Shown here one piece after another: positions 63,180-64,000 of a stretch of DNA of 64,000 nt (its first letter is position 1; each line of letters begins with the position of its first letter). Below the pieces are notes generated by a model. It saw only the letters and a list, made by a program, of their open reading frames with translations, did not search any database and was not told where the DNA came from. This stretch comes from Paludibacteraceae bacterium (GTDB lineage Bacteria; Bacteroidota; Bacteroidia; Bacteroidales; Paludibacteraceae). Location of the stretch: the NCBI GenBank assembly GCA_017425065.1, contig JAFPJV010000024.1, positions 8,410 to 72,409 of the forward strand, given 5' to 3'. A program made the translations under genes and the position numbers.

Positions 63180-63365
63180 ATGACTTGGGAAATAGCAATA
63201 GTACTGATCATCGGATTGATTGTTTTTGGAGCGTTTGTATTCTTCATTAAGTCGCGCTTCGATCAGGGCGTCGGTAGCAAAACAGGCTGGTGGGGATGGA
63301 TCATAGCCATCATCATCGCCATACTGATTGCCGTCATCCGAACTTGGTGGAAGCAGGGGTGGTAG
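63180..63365 (+). CDS. Small two-TM membrane protein (61 aa, hypothetical)
   Basis: MTWEIAIVLIIGLIVFGAFVFFI ... WWGWIIAIIIAILIAVI. The start is taken at the first ATG after the promoter, not 63021. Confidence 0.5.
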   Translation: MTWEIAIVLIIGLIVFGAFVFFIKSRFDQGVGSKTGWWGWIIAIIIAILIAVIRTWWKQGW

Positions 63366-63509
63366 GAATGATGATTCATATGCAGTAATTTCGGGGATAC
63401 CGACACTATATGCAGTACTTCGAGGGCACCGACACGGCTTTGCCGTCCCACCTCGAAATTACGTTCGCAGTATCCTGCAACCGCCAAGCTTTTAGCAAAT
63501 AAATCGCAA

Positions 63510-63544
63510 TTTTCCATTTTCCATTGTCAATTTTCAATTTTTAT
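63510..63544. repeat. Five-unit version of the same heptamer array in front of a paralogous promoter
   Basis: ttttcca ttttcca ttgtcaa ttttcaa tttttat. It is preceded by the same 15-nt flank gcaaataaatcgcaa as at 63024-63038. Confidence 0.9.
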
Positions 63545-63567
63545 TTGCATATTTGATTATTTTGTAG

Positions 63568-63575
63568 TAATTTTG
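63568..63575 (+). promoter_or_regulatory. -7 box TAATTTTG for the TonB-like gene
   Basis: It lies 27 nt upstream of the ATG at 63603. Confidence 0.6.
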
Positions 63576-63602
63576 CAGCCGATTTTGTTAAAATGGATAA
63601 TT

Positions 63603-64000
63603 ATGCGGAAAAAATTAGTCTATATTTTAAGGAAACAAACAGCCTATATTATCATGTCGGGATGTATGTATTTTATGCCGGGCACCATGCAGGCGCAAGC
63701 GGCCGAAACGGCAACGAAGGATATAGCGGATGAGGTGCTGATTGACCCGCCTGTCGTTCAGCAAGACACGACGGTCTATATCAACGTGGAAGAGATGCCG
63801 AGTTTTCCCGGAGGCGATGCCGCCCTGTTCCGGTTCATCACAGACAACGTAAAGTACCCCTCCATCTGCCTGAACAACCATATCCAGGGCAATGTGGTAT
63901 GCCGCTTCATCGTGGAGACGGACGGATCGATAACGGATGTGGAAGTGGTGCGCTCAAGCGGCGACGAACAGCTGGACAAAGAAGCCGTCCGGCTGATGCG
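63603..64000 (+). CDS. Energy transducer TonB-family protein (3' end lies outside the window)
   Basis: Own translation: MRKKLVYILRK...VEEMPSFPGGDAALFRFITDNVKYPSICLNNHIQGNVVCRFIVETDGSITDVEVVRSSGDEQLDKEAVRLM. This is the TonB C-terminal domain signature. The ORF is absent from the track because no stop codon falls within the window. Confidence 0.75.
   Translation, partial: MRKKLVYILRKQTAYIIMSGCMYFMPGTMQAQAAETATKDIADEVLIDPPVVQQDTTVYINVEEMPSFPGGDAALFRFITDNVKYPSICLNNHIQGNVVCRFIVETDGSITDVEVVRSSGDEQLDKEAVRLM

Noticed and set aside
62813-63517. Two minus-strand ORFs that both begin MENCDLFAKS (62813-63046 and 63263-63517), plus plus-strand ORF 63021-63365
   Set aside because: The shared N-termini, and the FSIFHCQLSIFHCQLSIFHC segment of the plus-strand ORF, are translations of the duplicated heptamer-array/promoter region. 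The minus-strand ORFs also overlap the better-supported small membrane protein gene or non-coding DNA.

Overview
The window looks like a Bacteroidales (Prevotellaceae-like) chromosome segment. Three things support this: repeated TAnnTTTG -7 promoter boxes with a TTTG/TTGC -33 element, almost no Shine-Dalgarno sequences, and a PorW/SprE-type T9SS lipoprotein. The flanks (1-25.3 kb and 49.9-64 kb) are tightly packed housekeeping genes. They include valS, manA, galE, aspartate kinase, ribH, trpS, cinA, mntP, def, ruvX, gyrA, lgt, an EptA-like transferase, tsaB, porW, tRNA-Pro(GGG), miaB, mutL, pyrE, psd and deoC. The centre (25.4-49.9 kb) is the most interesting part. It is a ~24.5 kb same-strand locus of eight ORFs, two of them giant (2733 aa and 2024 aa). 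These ORFs encode secreted or membrane proteins with no catalytic motif I can recognise. They share two unannotated repeat modules and two kinds of C-terminal tail, one T9SS-CTD-like and one short R-D-x-Y-I...Y-D-x-T-G-R tail. Two predicted outer-membrane beta-barrel genes sit directly behind cargo genes. The locus is interrupted only by an antisense sirtuin gene and runs straight into tsaB and porW. A second, smaller-scale signal runs through the whole window: short degenerate tandem arrays of 7-8 nt units, 3-11 units long. They sit at stop codons, in front of promoters and in frame inside genes. One unit, GGACAAT, recurs at four loci: in an O-methyltransferase, just before the C-terminal tail of the 2733-aa protein, and in inverted orientation upstream of two paralogous promoters that differ by exactly six units. 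I found no rRNA, CRISPR array, transposase or integrase. All calls come from reading the sequence and the ORF track and from remembered family motifs. No database search was run, so family names are provisional and coordinates of non-CDS features are hand-counted.
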